From assembly GCA_003693705.1 (NCBI GenBank), contig RBZT01000861.1, positions 1-64,000 of the forward strand: a DNA stretch of 64,000 nucleotides, read 5' to 3'. Shown piece by piece: positions 1 to 11,216 of this stretch; position 1 is the first letter of the stretch, and each line of letters opens with the position of its first letter. The notes below the pieces were generated by a model, which was not told the origin of the DNA, did not search any database, and saw nothing but the letters and a program-made list of their open reading frames with translations. A program made the translations under genes and the position numbers. The stretch comes from Polymyxa betae A26-41 (lineage: Eukaryota; Protista; Endomyxa: Phytomyxea).

Positions 1-715
1 CTAATCGCACACAGTGTAAATCTAATTAGCTCTGGCAGACTCCCCTCGCAAGAATTGCATAATGTGACAGACAGAACGTGACCAAGTTTCTTAAACTCGT
101 GCCCAAATTCTTGCTTCGACTCCAGAAATAGTCGGCTATACTGCAGATTTGTTGGAGAGTAGAATACCCATCAGGCATAGTTCCGATGCCTCTATCGTCA
201 TAATTTGCTCGCCTTACTCTTTCGCGTTCATAATGAGTGTTACGAAGAAGGGCCTGTACATTGTCGTCTCTAGGATGCGGATACGAATTTATCCCAAGGC
301 GACATTGAAGTGTGTACAGATCAACGATTGCCGATGTATAAGCTTCGACAGTTGATTTACCGATAATTTTGTCGACAGAATTGATGCTAATCCTGCTTTT
401 CTTTCTCGAAATACGGCCGATTACTTCTTCGACAAGAAAAAGATACAGCTTCGGACCGGTAACAGTGAATCTAGTATCATCAGGAAAGTTTTTGTTTATG
501 CACCATCTTTTAAACTCGTCCTGCTTGGAGCGATAGGTTTTAGTGGTATTCGAAGATCTAACGTCGTTCGCGTGAGAGTGTGTACGGTGGATCGCTTCTG
601 CCATCTGCACATCGAGCATTGCCTGCGAAAACGGCGCCGGGCATTGCGGCGACGATTCCGAAGGCGCTGGGCATTGCGACGAGGATTCCGAAGGCTGGGT
701 TACAGAATCCGTCAT
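1..715 (-). mobile_element. Decayed Crypton-type (tyrosine recombinase / Ndc10 domain II-like) transposon ORF, frameshifted, runs off the window edge
   Basis: Motifs TYRSKQDEFKRWC, KLYLFL, YTSAIVDLY..Q, HPR and DRGIGT..DGY match Crypton/Ndc10-like proteins. Near 45 the expected RGESAR appears in a shifted frame, and DLHCVRL appears in another shifted frame. Confidence 0.75.
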
Positions 716-1011
716 TAGGAAAGCTCGCCGAAAGAATCAATAATGGGTGGATGACTGGAAGACGAATTCAACAATGTCCGTAACGCATATTTTGGTCGGG
801 ACGCCAAAACAGTGGGTCGCCAGGACGGGGTTAGGGGGGTGAGATATGCGTTAATAACTCTCTCTTACGGACATTACTTTAGAAAATTCGATTTCAGTAG
901 ACTCGGTTAATATTTTATTATTTTTAAGCTCGCGAGCTTCAAGCGTTCGCAGCCCTCTTCGCAGTTTTCCTTAAACAGTCGCGCATAAACAATGTTTTCT
1001 AATTTCTACAG

Positions 1012-1121
1012 TAGGGGGTATCAAACTTGCGCATTCCGACGCTTTAAACGACCAATTAAAGCAAGCCATTAAAGCAGATTTTTAAAGCACCTTTGCGAGA
1101 AGCCAACTTTGATACCCCCTA
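1012..1121. mobile_element. MITE-like element with 18-bp terminal inverted repeats
   Basis: TAGGGGGTATCAAACTTG (1012-1029) and CAACTTTGATACCCCCTA (1104-1121) are reverse complements at 17/18 positions. The outer TA could be a target-site duplication. Confidence 0.55.
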
Positions 1122-1249
1122 GTGCTCCTCTTAGGTACAGATTAGTCAATAGTCATTACGGTAGTTGGGGGCAGCCTCCCCCGGCTGATGGCTGTTTCAC
1201 GAACATGGTCTTTTCAATTGCAAACTTGGTAGAAGTAGAGCTCTAAGTC

Positions 1250-2062
1250 ATGTCGGACAGGTTTCCTAACAGGCGAAGCCGCAGTCACCGGTCCCGATCT
1301 CTACTCTGTTCCCGGAATTCCCGCCGGAGACATGATGGATCTTTTTCTCCCCGTCCGAAGCGTCAACGGCGCAGACGTCGTTCCCGGCGTTCGCTTTCTA
1401 ACACCTCATCTGGTCAGAGAGCGCTGGCATGCCCAGATCGTCGTCGTAGTCGGTCTCGATCTCTCTCTCGCGAACTTTTTTCCTCTGATTCTGACTGTTT
1501 ATCACAATCCCCATCCAATCAACGATCACGACATTCGGCTAGTACCTTGAATCGCAACACTCAACAGCCTTTGGAATGTTAAAAACATCTCGCATGACAT
1601 CATCTAATGGCAGTAACATTAATATCGATCCTTCGGCATCTTTATCAACGGCGCAACGAATCACTCGAGGTATGAGTTTAATGACCAGGAATCTCGCCCC
1701 ACTAAACGCTTATTCAGCAGCTACGACGAACGAGAATATAAACTCAGCGAGCACACTGTGGGAATGAAACAAATACTAATATCGTTGGCTTGTTGGACAC
1801 TTACGGACTTACCTATTCGAGCATTTGCTGGATTCGGTGAACAAATTTGCCCAGGAACGGGGGTTCTTGATTGCTAGAACAACGCATAAGATCGACAAAG
1901 CACGGTCTGTTGCTTTATTCTCGCGAGAAGATGTTATCCAAAGAGGAAGGTTTTATTGTAAGCCTTACAAGCGTCAGGAACATCAGATCTAAAAAACAAT
2001 GTCCAGATGTTTCACCAGAATTTTCCTATTTCGAAACCAGGCCCGCTGGTGGATGGGTATAA
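1250..2062 (+). pseudogene. Degenerate transposase-like ORF remnant (MULE/FAR1-like N-terminal domain)
   Basis: An Arg/Ser-rich leader is followed by a broken frame FEHLLDSVNKFAQERGFLIAR...RGRFYC, then SKKQCP...GGW in a shifted frame. This resembles the FAR1/WRKY-like domain of Mutator transposases. Stops and frameshifts are present. Confidence 0.35.
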
Positions 2063-2338
2063 TGTCATGATATCGTATAGGAGCGGTCTCGACGCAACCC
2101 ACAACTTGGGCTCAGCCTGTTGAGCGCTGGGACAGCTCTGCTCCCTTGTTGTGGTCGAACTGAAGATCCTTCAGTTCGATTAACGCACGTTTGAACTTAT
2201 ACCGCCTCGTTGTCTATCTGTAACCTTCGTCTGTCTGAGCTGTGTTCTTCCTGTTTAGTTATTCTTAGTCTCTTAGTTCCTATCGCCGTTCAATCTGTCA
2301 TATATCTCTTGTCTATCCTGGGGTATCGGTTCTTAACA
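2063..2338. mobile_element. Possible solo-LTR-like insertion
   Basis: Begins TGTCATGA and ends TCTTAACA (TG...CA with an imperfect inverted repeat). It is non-coding and lies exactly between the end of the MULE-like frame and the start of the LINE frame. No target-site duplication is visible. Confidence 0.3.
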
Positions 2339-2955
2339 CACCACTTCGGAAATCACCAACCAGATTTTCGGAACTCCTCCACCCGCATCCGAACAGGCAG
2401 CACCCGATGCTGCATTTCTCCACGATGAACCCCGCAGCACCACGATCCTCGATGCCCCGGAGCGCAAGGCTCTGAGCGCCGTCGAAATCGCCGACCGGAT
2501 TGGCCGATGCCGACGCAAGAAGGCGATTGGACAAGACAACATGCCGATGGACCTGTTAATGTTACATCCAGATCTTGCCGGACATATGCTGGAAAAGATG
2601 TTCCGCATCTTCTAAGCGCACCAAGTGACGCCGACAGTATGGCGGACCGCTACTATCGTCCCGATCCCCAAAAAAGGCGACGACCCATCAAACCCGGCGG
2701 ACTGGCGCGGTATCGCGCTTCAGTGCCATCTCAAGAAACTGTATCAGTCGTGCGTCCGCGAAATTCTACGCCATCACAACCTGACAGCGACCCATCCACT
2801 CCAAATGGGGTTCCAGCTCGGCCTTGTCGCCACGGACGCTGTATACGTCGCCGACGAACTCCTGACCAAGTACGACCGCCTCGGACTTCCTCTGACAGTC
2901 GCTCAACTCGATATCCGGAAAGCGTACGATTGTGCACCTCGCGGATTCATCTGGA
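2339..2955 (+). pseudogene. Non-LTR retrotransposon (LINE) reverse transcriptase fragment
   Basis: Contains KAIGQDN, WRTATIVPIPKKGD..PADWRGIAL, QMGF and QLDIRKAYD (early RT motifs). There is an in-frame TAA near 2612 and the fragment ends before YADD. Confidence 0.85.
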
Positions 2956-3308
2956 ATTTCGGACAAGGACTGGTACCCCCAGCCGGATCCTCCGATGATA
3001 ATACATCGGTGACGAACCCTCCCACGGACAATGCAGTCACGGGATTTCAGCAGTTGCAACCACTGCCTCCTCCGATCGCGAGCGCCTACGCGGCCTCGAG
3101 AACTTCCCTACTTGGGAAGCCAGGGTTCTGAACCGGCTCCGACAACACGATCTCCACCGTTACGCCCTGGGCGAAGTTGCATGCCCAACAGCAACCTCGG
3201 ACATAATTTGTGCCTGCCATAGCATTTAATCTGAATTTCTTTCACAATAGACCGGGCCACTCTCGGTTATATTGCCGACCAACTGACTGAGAATTTATTA
3301 TAACTGTC

Positions 3309-3378
3309 TGTATCGGTGTGGGAACCAACTAAGCAATCTAAGCGCTTAGATTGCTTAGTTGGTTCCCACACCGATACA
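3309..3378. repeat. Perfect 70-bp palindrome with no spacer
   Basis: TGTATCGGTGTGGGAACCAACTAAGCAATCTAAGC is followed immediately by its exact reverse complement. The centre is at 3343/3344. Confidence 0.97.
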
Positions 3379-3689
3379 TGCCTACAACCAGTATGACGGC
3401 CTCTCAACTCTGGAATCTCCAGAACTAGTACGGGTCGGCAAGACCGACCGAACGTGAAGTTCTCGCCTCTCATTATGCAGCTGCATTCCCAAATGGACGC
3501 GCTCACTTTCCCTTCTCAGTCTGACAAAATCGAGGATTTCCTCGGTACTGTCGACTCAATACGGTCCCGGTGTGTATCGTTCTTGGCGACCAGACCATGA
3601 GTGAAGGTGGATCGTTGTGGTCCAGATGATGTTTTAAAAATGCTGAAGAAGATCGACGATCGTCGTTTAACGACTGAGGAATCCGAAAT

Positions 3690-3966
3690 TGTTTTGACTT
3701 GATCAACACCGCTGCTGTCCGTGACGTGATCCACAGCGTGACGCCTCGGAAGGCTATTGGCCCGGATGATTTCCCCGCTGATCGATGTCTTCAGAAGTGC
3801 CCGATCCCGTCTGCGATGATGCTCTCGGGCATGTTTCGCGCCATGTGGGCTCATCAGACCCTACAGCAGATTTGGAGGCGCAGTTAATGTACATTCGCCC
3901 GATCCCCAAGAAGGCCGGTTGACGCGAGAAACCCCGCGAACTGGCGAGGTATCGCGTTACAGTCGC
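3690..3966 (+). pseudogene. Second, diverged LINE RT fragment
   Basis: KAIGPDDFP...WRRS, then PIPKK and NPANWRGIALQS in shifted frames. Homologous to the 2339-2955 fragment, with stops and frameshifts. Confidence 0.8.
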
Positions 3967-4919
3967 TGATACGCCGGTATCTTACTAACTGCCATTATGC
4001 AACACCATATACGGTAATTTAGTCCAATCAATCGATCAGTTCAATCATAACTCTGTTTTGTATTAGAGAGTGAGTGATACAATAATGAATGTATCAATGC
4101 AATCTATCCTAATACTCCAACTGCTCATCTGGGTTCCCCCACGTACAGGTTGAGCACCAGGGGTACGTACAATGTCCGTAAGTCGGTCGTTAGTTCCACC
4201 ACGGACCTCTTCTAAACTCATCATGCTCCTGGACAATGAGCCACTACTTTTGCAGGAAAGGCGGAGCTCTTGGGATTGAAAATCCTTCTTCTATCATCAC
4301 GTGTAGGAGGAACGTATAAGTCTGTCGTGTAGGAGGCCCGTATATCTCCCGCGTATGAAACCGTAATATTTCTATTTCGTCCTGTTCATCTCCGTCCGCA
4401 GTGACGTTAAAACTATCCGCCTTCTCCAACTCTGCCGAATTTGTGTTTTTAAAGTGAGACACTTAAAATCGTCCGTGTATGAGGCGGCAATATACTCTAA
4501 ATATCGGTTCCGCATCCCTCTTTCTCCAAAAACCAACAATTAGGCAGATGCCTTTTTTGTTCTCGGCGCTTCTCCATTTCTTCACTTATTCAATTCATTG
4601 TCTTCTTCAATATAAATAACAACTAAACAATAAAGCCAAAAAAATTGTGACGGCTAGGCTAACCGAAACTAGGAAGAGGGCAAGGAGAGACGAGACTACA
4701 AGGATAGAAGAATATGGCCCGGGACCTTAGGCGTGTGGCATAAAAATAAGAACATAAAGTAAAAGATTTATTCTGTAGAAAGTTTCTTAAGCATTGATCT
4801 TCTGATTGTCTTTCTTGCCAGTAGTGGCTGAATAAATGTCGCTTTATTAGGAGCACGGTGTTGCAAGTTTTAACAATGATTCCATTCTAACAAAACCATT
4901 CATAACATACATTTAGATA

Positions 4920-7016
4920 TTAGGCCACGGCTACATCACATTTCTCTGACCGCCATACAGCCTCGAAAGCCTGCTGCTCCCAATCGCTGCCATAGATCCA
5001 AATTCCAAGAATGAAGGACAACGCAAAATAGCCGCATGCCAAGCCGATCCAAAGCCCGGATAAGCCAAAACTCCATGAAAATGCAAACAAACAGGCCAAG
5101 GGTAGCGAGAAAAGCCAAGATGTCTACATGCACAGTTTGAGAGTTGGCATCCGTTGCACAGGCCGATATCCGCTTACACAGGCTGACGTGATCGCAACAA
5201 ATTTTGGACGACCTTGTCCATAGAGAATAGCCGAGAATATCGTAACTAAACTAAACAAAACTGTTCAATAAATCTGGTTAGGTTAAGCCAGTCGTAGGAA
5301 TGTCGCTCACCTTAGTCCGATGAAAGATGCGGCAACAACGTAAATCAAGTCGCTTGTGCTTCTCCATACTTCTGGATCTTTGGAAAAGCAGTGCCCAAAA
5401 ACGCCATGGAGCAAGATTAACGCCATCGCGATGACTGCTCCAAGGCTTAATGACAAGCAAACAGAAATTTGAGCACACTCTCGAGCACATCGGGGTTCAG
5501 ATGAGCCTACAATTATCAAAACGATTTGACCGAACGGATCAACCTGAAATACCGAGATAGTAGCCAATGCGACAAATGCTTGCTTTTGAAACACCAATGC
5601 TTAGACACTGAAAAGCATAAAATATGCTATAAACAGCTGACTGAGTCGCGACTTCTACGACACCTGTTCTCATTCAGTTTTTCTTAAGTGGGATTAGTTT
5701 TGAGATCAAATCACCGATTCTTGACGCCAACAGAGTAACGATTTGCATCAGCTAAAACAGTTAAGTGAGAATTTAGAGATCTGTCTGAGAATTTACCCAT
5801 TGAGTCGTTGCATTGCCGATTACAGTTGGGAAAGTTTGATTCCAGTATCTGGAAAGATTCGTTAAGGTAAAGCAACGCCAAAAAGGGGTGTCCGGCCAGG
5901 TGGCAGCATGCAGTTTAAGATAAATACAGGTATATGAAACAAACGCTATCAATTGCAGACACCTTGACAATGAGGTTGCGATAGGGGATCCAATAAATCC
6001 TAGTCCGTTCCACGATCCAACTCCTACGATTGCTTAAGATCTTTAAATATGTATTAGATCTCCACAAACCATGGACAAATACCATGTTCAACACGAAATT
6101 TAGAAAAATGAAGATCAGATTATTGAATAGCGCTGGGTATACAACCTTCAAAGAATGGAAATATTGGCGAACGGCATAGTATACTGTATTGGGAATTAGC
6201 CCAAATGTCGACCACATGGCAAATGTTTTCGCTAGCTGCCTAATTCATGTTAGCAACAAACGCTGAGTCAGAAAAGAGGCCAGGTGCATACGAAATATCT
6301 TTCGGCGTGCCAAAAGCTACTAGGATTACATCTTCAGAAAATGTGAACCTCAAATTTCGCGAGGATATGAAGCCCTTACCAACTGACGTCCATGAAAGCA
6401 TTACAGGAATGCACATTAGCGTTGTAATAGTTAGGCCGATTTTTAACCATCGACCAGCCAGTTTTGGGTTGTGGGCACCGAGCGCTTGCGAACACAGAGC
6501 GTTCAATGAATCTGCGGCTGTTGAAGGAAATGTGCTCGTGACATCCATGATTACGGTAGCTCTAAAACATATGAAATTCCAGGCATCCCTCAATTACAGA
6601 TATTACAATCCTGCAGCAGCAAGAAACTTCGTTCCTTCGTTCAAGCGCCCAAGAACACTGATATCAGTAATGGCCACTAGTCATTTCAATGTAAAGCATA
6701 AAATTGTAGTAACGGGCTTACTTAGTACACGTAAGAAGGAAGATGCCCCAACAGGAAAGCCAATCGCTAGAATTGACCAGATCTCCTTCGCATAATCGAC
6801 TCCTTCCTGCATTTCGCCGCAAAAATTATGCTTGACGCTTCCCGGATTCCACTTAACAATCTTTTCCGGATCGCCTGGTATTGGCGTCCATACATATCCT
6901 GCCAGGCCGTTTTCACGATTTGTCGGCCATTCTGGCTCCACTAGTTCAACAGGCAGCAGAAGCGGTTTCGACAGTCCATCGTCTTCATCACGATCGCGAG
7001 ACAATTGACAGACCAT
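4920..7016 (-). CDS. MATE-family multidrug/toxin efflux transporter (multi-exon)
   Basis: Exons include EIWSILAIGFP, DSLNALCSQALGA, VRQYFHSL, ILYGQGRPKFVA and FGLSGLWIGLACGY. Many TM segments and GT-AG introns. Confidence 0.88.
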
Positions 7017-8247
7017 GGCGACGGTGATTTGGAGGAGTGATATGGACTGGGAGCCTGGAGTTGGGTTGTTCCGACTGATGGAGGCCACTGCGTCATTCAT
7101 CCAGTGCCCTTGAGGCAACCGGCCAGTTGGGTGACGGCCTCTCATGAGTCAGGCTGGGCCTCTCGCTGTCTTGTTTGTCGAAATCTCTGAAGGCCGCCAG
7201 AAGACGATATGTTCTTCGAAGGATATAACTGTGGCATTACCATTTCGGTGTAAAAGCAGATAGTGTTCAGAGCGTCAGATCATATATCCAGCCCTCCATG
7301 CTGAAGGTGCATTATTTTTTCACAGCTAAAGAGAAGTATGGCGGCGGCTTATTAGGCGAATCAATTCAAGAAAGTATACAGTCGTGAAGTGAAGATGCTG
7401 GGCTAAAGCTCGTGTATTTGTATGGCTGGAATTAGTTCTGCAAAATCGGATGAGTTCATCACTGATTTTCCCCATGACTTTGGCTGGACGGCTCTCGTCA
7501 AAGGTTTTGTTGCTGTGAAGCTGAAAATCCCGAACTACAATCGACTGATCTTCCCAAGTGGACACCACACTGCAGCTTTACAAAGTTGCATTGTTTCCCT
7601 GCAGACCATGCTTTGAAACCAAATTTTTGCTCACAACAGTGCTCAGCCAAAAGGCAACGTCCTCTTTTGAATTTGCCACAGACTGCTAGTTGTTTAACTC
7701 ATCGTTCTATATCGTATGCTGTTGCAAGGCTGAACAGAAAACTAGAGTATTTTGATTGATGGAAGCAGTTATAACTAACAGTTGCCGTTTGTTCAATCAG
7801 AACATTATCTCGACGAATCCAAGCGATTCGGTATATATAAAAAGGGATCAATTCGCACCTGCCTTTAGAACATTTCCAGCATTACATTGCTAATTCATCT
7901 GCAGCACTCCTCTCAGACAATCACCCGCACTAGAGATACTGCTGGATGAACGATGACCAGCAGCCAGGGCATCGTTCATGCAGCACGTCCGATTCCATGT
8001 TCATGGATGTCTGTCATGGCTGGAAAACGTGACCAGAATCGGAGTAGCGAATGGCCAGCGAGCTTCAGGCGCCACAGCCAGCAGACACATCAGACATTTA
8101 TATCAGAAGCCTTACAGAAGCATAGCTAACCCTGAGAGTAACCTGTTGTGTTTACAGTTGTGGGCCCAATACCCCAATATGGGGTCATATATCTCCGTTA
8201 CAGGCAGTAGAGGCATTAAACGCTGAATGTATTCTCGTCTATGGATT

Positions 8248-9883
8248 CTAATTTTGGACGTGCTGGCTCCAGGGCAAGACGGCGCCGACGCTGTCACGCC
8301 AGGTCTGCAGACGCTGCTGCAGGTCCTTCCAGACGGCGTCGTTCAACGACCGGTACATGCATGATGTGATCTGAACACAGGCCTAAACCGCGACCAAGAT
8401 CAGTACGATCTTCGAACGAACCACGGAAAAAGAACAAAACAGAATTAGGCAGTCTTATAGAGTCTGAATCACACCCGAACAAGCGAAATTGAATGATTAT
8501 GGAAAACATATAAGAGAAACGCCTTCAAAAAAATTCGAATATGTAACAAACTTAACAGCGGCTTACATCTTGTTCGTTGATCTGGGCATCGATCAGGCCC
8601 AACGACACCGCATCGATGACGGCCTGTTCGGTTTCATCCGAAGACGACAGCTGCAGCGATGTCTGGATGGTCTCCAGCTTCACCACCTACACGAACCCAT
8701 AATCATCAGCCAAAGCCACGATCATCAATATGAAAACAGCCACCTTCTGTCCCGATGCCAAACTGCACAGATTAAGGGCTTGCAGATATGTTCGCAGGCG
8801 ATCGACGTCGATTTCGGCCTCGGCCAGTATGGAACCATGCTTGGCGCAGAAGGCGTCTAGATCGGCGGTCGACGACCCGCTACAGATCAGACCGAGCAGG
8901 TCGACGAGCGGTGATGACGGCACCCGCCTGGAAGAGATCGTCGCTAACAGACTGTCCAGCGTTGTGATTTCCCCAAATTTTAAAATCTGCAGAAATCGTC
9001 AAGAACAATTCGATTTCTTGATAGGCAAATTCGATCACGAAAAAAATCATCAACATTCGATTACGAAAAAATCATTCCGAATTTGAAACAAAGAGTATTG
9101 TTTACGAAGGCGATGGATTTGGAGGCAGCATCGGCCTGTAACTCACGAAGCGATTTGTCTTCGCTCACGATCGACAGGATGCGCAGACGCTGCTTCTGGG
9201 CCTCATCCGGGGCATCGCAGGCGTCGTACAGGCCCGCAATCTGCAGCCGAAATCAGATCCATTGGAGATGGCGGTCGAGGGCGATCATCATCAGACCAGG
9301 CTGAGCAGGCGCGCTTTGGCGACGTCCTCCAGCGACCAGTCCTTGAGCCATTGGTCGGCACAGCCGAGCGTCGATCGCAGGCTGGCGGCCAGCGACGCGT
9401 CCAGGCCGTACTGGAGCAAGGCGGTCAGGACGCGGCCCTTGATGGAGCCGACCTGGACGGCGTTGAACAGCGATACCATCGACCAGAGACGAAGATCGGC
9501 GGCGCCCTCGATCGCTGTTCAGACACATGTCAAAATGAGTGGGTGGCCAGCATTCCCGACCAAATCAGATACATTTGCTGGCACAGGAAGTGATGCGTTC
9601 AGAGAGCTTGGCGATATCCTGGACGTTCATGGAGCTGATCGTGGAGAAGGCGATTGTGAGAGCAGCTTTGGCACGGGCGGCATCGCCGGCCAGCAGGTCG
9701 TCGATGCATTCGGCCGAGAGCAGCTGTACGGATTGGCATCAATGACAGCGATGGCGATGACAGCGGCAGCCATAGACTGACCTGGGAGACGTTATCGGAG
9801 GGCGACCTGTCCTTGGCTGGAACCTTATTGAGGAGAGCGGAGAGCTCGGCGATCGGATCCCCGACGCTCACGAACACGGTCAT
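8248..9883 (-). CDS. EIF3M: Translation initiation factor eIF3 subunit M-like PCI-domain protein (multi-exon)
   Basis: Helical N-terminus (LWSMVSLFNAV). C-terminal PCI/winged helix LNLCSLAS...VIDAVSLGLIDAQINE...YRSLNDAVWKDLQQRLQTWRDSV, typical of eIF3m. Confidence 0.75.
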
Positions 9884-9956
9884 TGCTCAACAAAGGCAAA
9901 CGGAACGCCACGCCAGGACTCCGTCACGGACTTCGAGATTGTGGCTCTCAGGCAAG

Positions 9957-9974
9957 CCCTAAAACCCTAACCCC
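9957..9974. promoter_or_regulatory. Telomere-like (telo-box) motif in a divergent promoter
   Basis: CCCTAAAACCCTAACCCC lies between the starts of eIF3m (-) and the monooxygenase (+). Confidence 0.45.
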
Positions 9975-10154
9975 TCGCTGCATCCGAATGTCGGCGAAAT
10001 CCATCCAGTGATGATGCTATAGACCTACTTTGTTCGGATTCCCTCAAAAAAAATCATCACCCAACATTCATCGTTATGAACGCATCGCTGAGGGGGGCGG
10101 GTACGGCATCAGGAACCCGTCTCGGAATTCGGCGTTTTCGCGAACAGCGGCATC

Positions 10155-11210
10155 ATGCGGGTCGCGATCGTCGGTGCCGGCCTGTGCGGATTAGCGACGG
10201 CTCGGGCGATCGCGCGTTCGTGTCCGTCCGCCGCCGTTCAGGTCTTCGAATCGGGCCCGGGCGAGGCGCGTACGGCGGCGCGCTCGTTCCGGCGCCATGG
10301 CACCCGAATCCTGCTCAGCTCCGGGTCGCGAGCCGCCCTCCAGCAGCTCGGCATCGATCCGCCCCCGTCGAACGACCCGCCCCGGCATCTCGTGTACTAC
10401 GATCATGCAGGCTCGCGGCCGCTCTATACGGTTCAAGCGCCGTCCCTGGACGCCGTCTGGCTTCGTCGCCAGCTGCTCACCACCGAGGTCCAGTACGGCG
10501 CCGACGTCGCCGACCCGCAACAGCTGCTGGATGCGTTCGACGTCGTGATTGGCTGCGATGGACGTCGATCGGTTCTGCGCTCTGCTGCGGCTGACGTCAT
10601 CGCCGAGCAGACGGAACGGGACCTCGGTCTGCGCCGGATCACGCTCGACGTCCCGCTGGCGGCGTTCGCGGCCGCCCAGCACCACGACCTGGCATTCGTC
10701 GGACAGCGCTCGATCGCCATCGTCGCGCGATACGGAGATCGACTGCGGGCGTCGCTGGTGACACCCAGCGACGTTGACAACGACGACCTGATCGCGGCGT
10801 ATCGTCGCATCACCCGCGATTGGCTGCATCCGGTTCGCGATCTCGTCGACCATCTCGACCCTGAATCGGTCGTTGATTGCGACGCGATTCGTGATCGGGA
10901 TGCGCCGCAGGTTCGATGCGGCGACGAGCGCGTCAAGGTCGCCTTGGCTGGCGAGGCATTGTGGTCGTTGGCGCCATACACCGGGCATGCTGCTGGCGTG
11001 GCATTGGCCGATGCCGCCGCTATCGGTAAAGTTCTGGCGACGGATGGCGCGGATCTGTCCAAGTACTGGCGCCACGTTCAAGATGCCGCAGCGCCCTTCA
11101 TCAACGAAGCTCGTGGAATGTCGCAGTTTATTCACAGCGACGATGTCGCCGATCGTCTCGTCGACCTGCAAAACAGACAACAGCAGCAATATGGCGCAGA
11201 TCACGAATAA
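10155..11210 (+). CDS. FAD-dependent monooxygenase-like protein (intronless)
   Basis: N-terminal VAIVGAGLCG Rossmann motif, VIGCDGRRS DG motif and a degenerate GD motif LAGEALW..PYTG....ALADA. Confidence 0.85.
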   Translation: MRVAIVGAGLCGLATARAIARSCPSAAVQVFESGPGEARTAARSFRRHGTRILLSSGSRAALQQLGIDPPPSNDPPRHLVYYDHAGSRPLYTVQAPSLDAVWLRRQLLTTEVQYGADVADPQQLLDAFDVVIGCDGRRSVLRSAAADVIAEQTERDLGLRRITLDVPLAAFAAAQHHDLAFVGQRSIAIVARYGDRLRASLVTPSDVDNDDLIAAYRRITRDWLHPVRDLVDHLDPESVVDCDAIRDRDAPQVRCGDERVKVALAGEALWSLAPYTGHAAGVALADAAAIGKVLATDGADLSKYWRHVQDAAAPFINEARGMSQFIHSDDVADRLVDLQNRQQQQYGADHE

Positions 11211-11216
11211 ACATAT

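Noticed and set aside
10191-11204. Long antisense and alternate-frame ORFs over the monooxygenase, and similar ones over the SR gene, importin-5 and SCCPDH
   Set aside because: These are shadow ORFs caused by GC-rich codon bias and carry no recognisable motifs.
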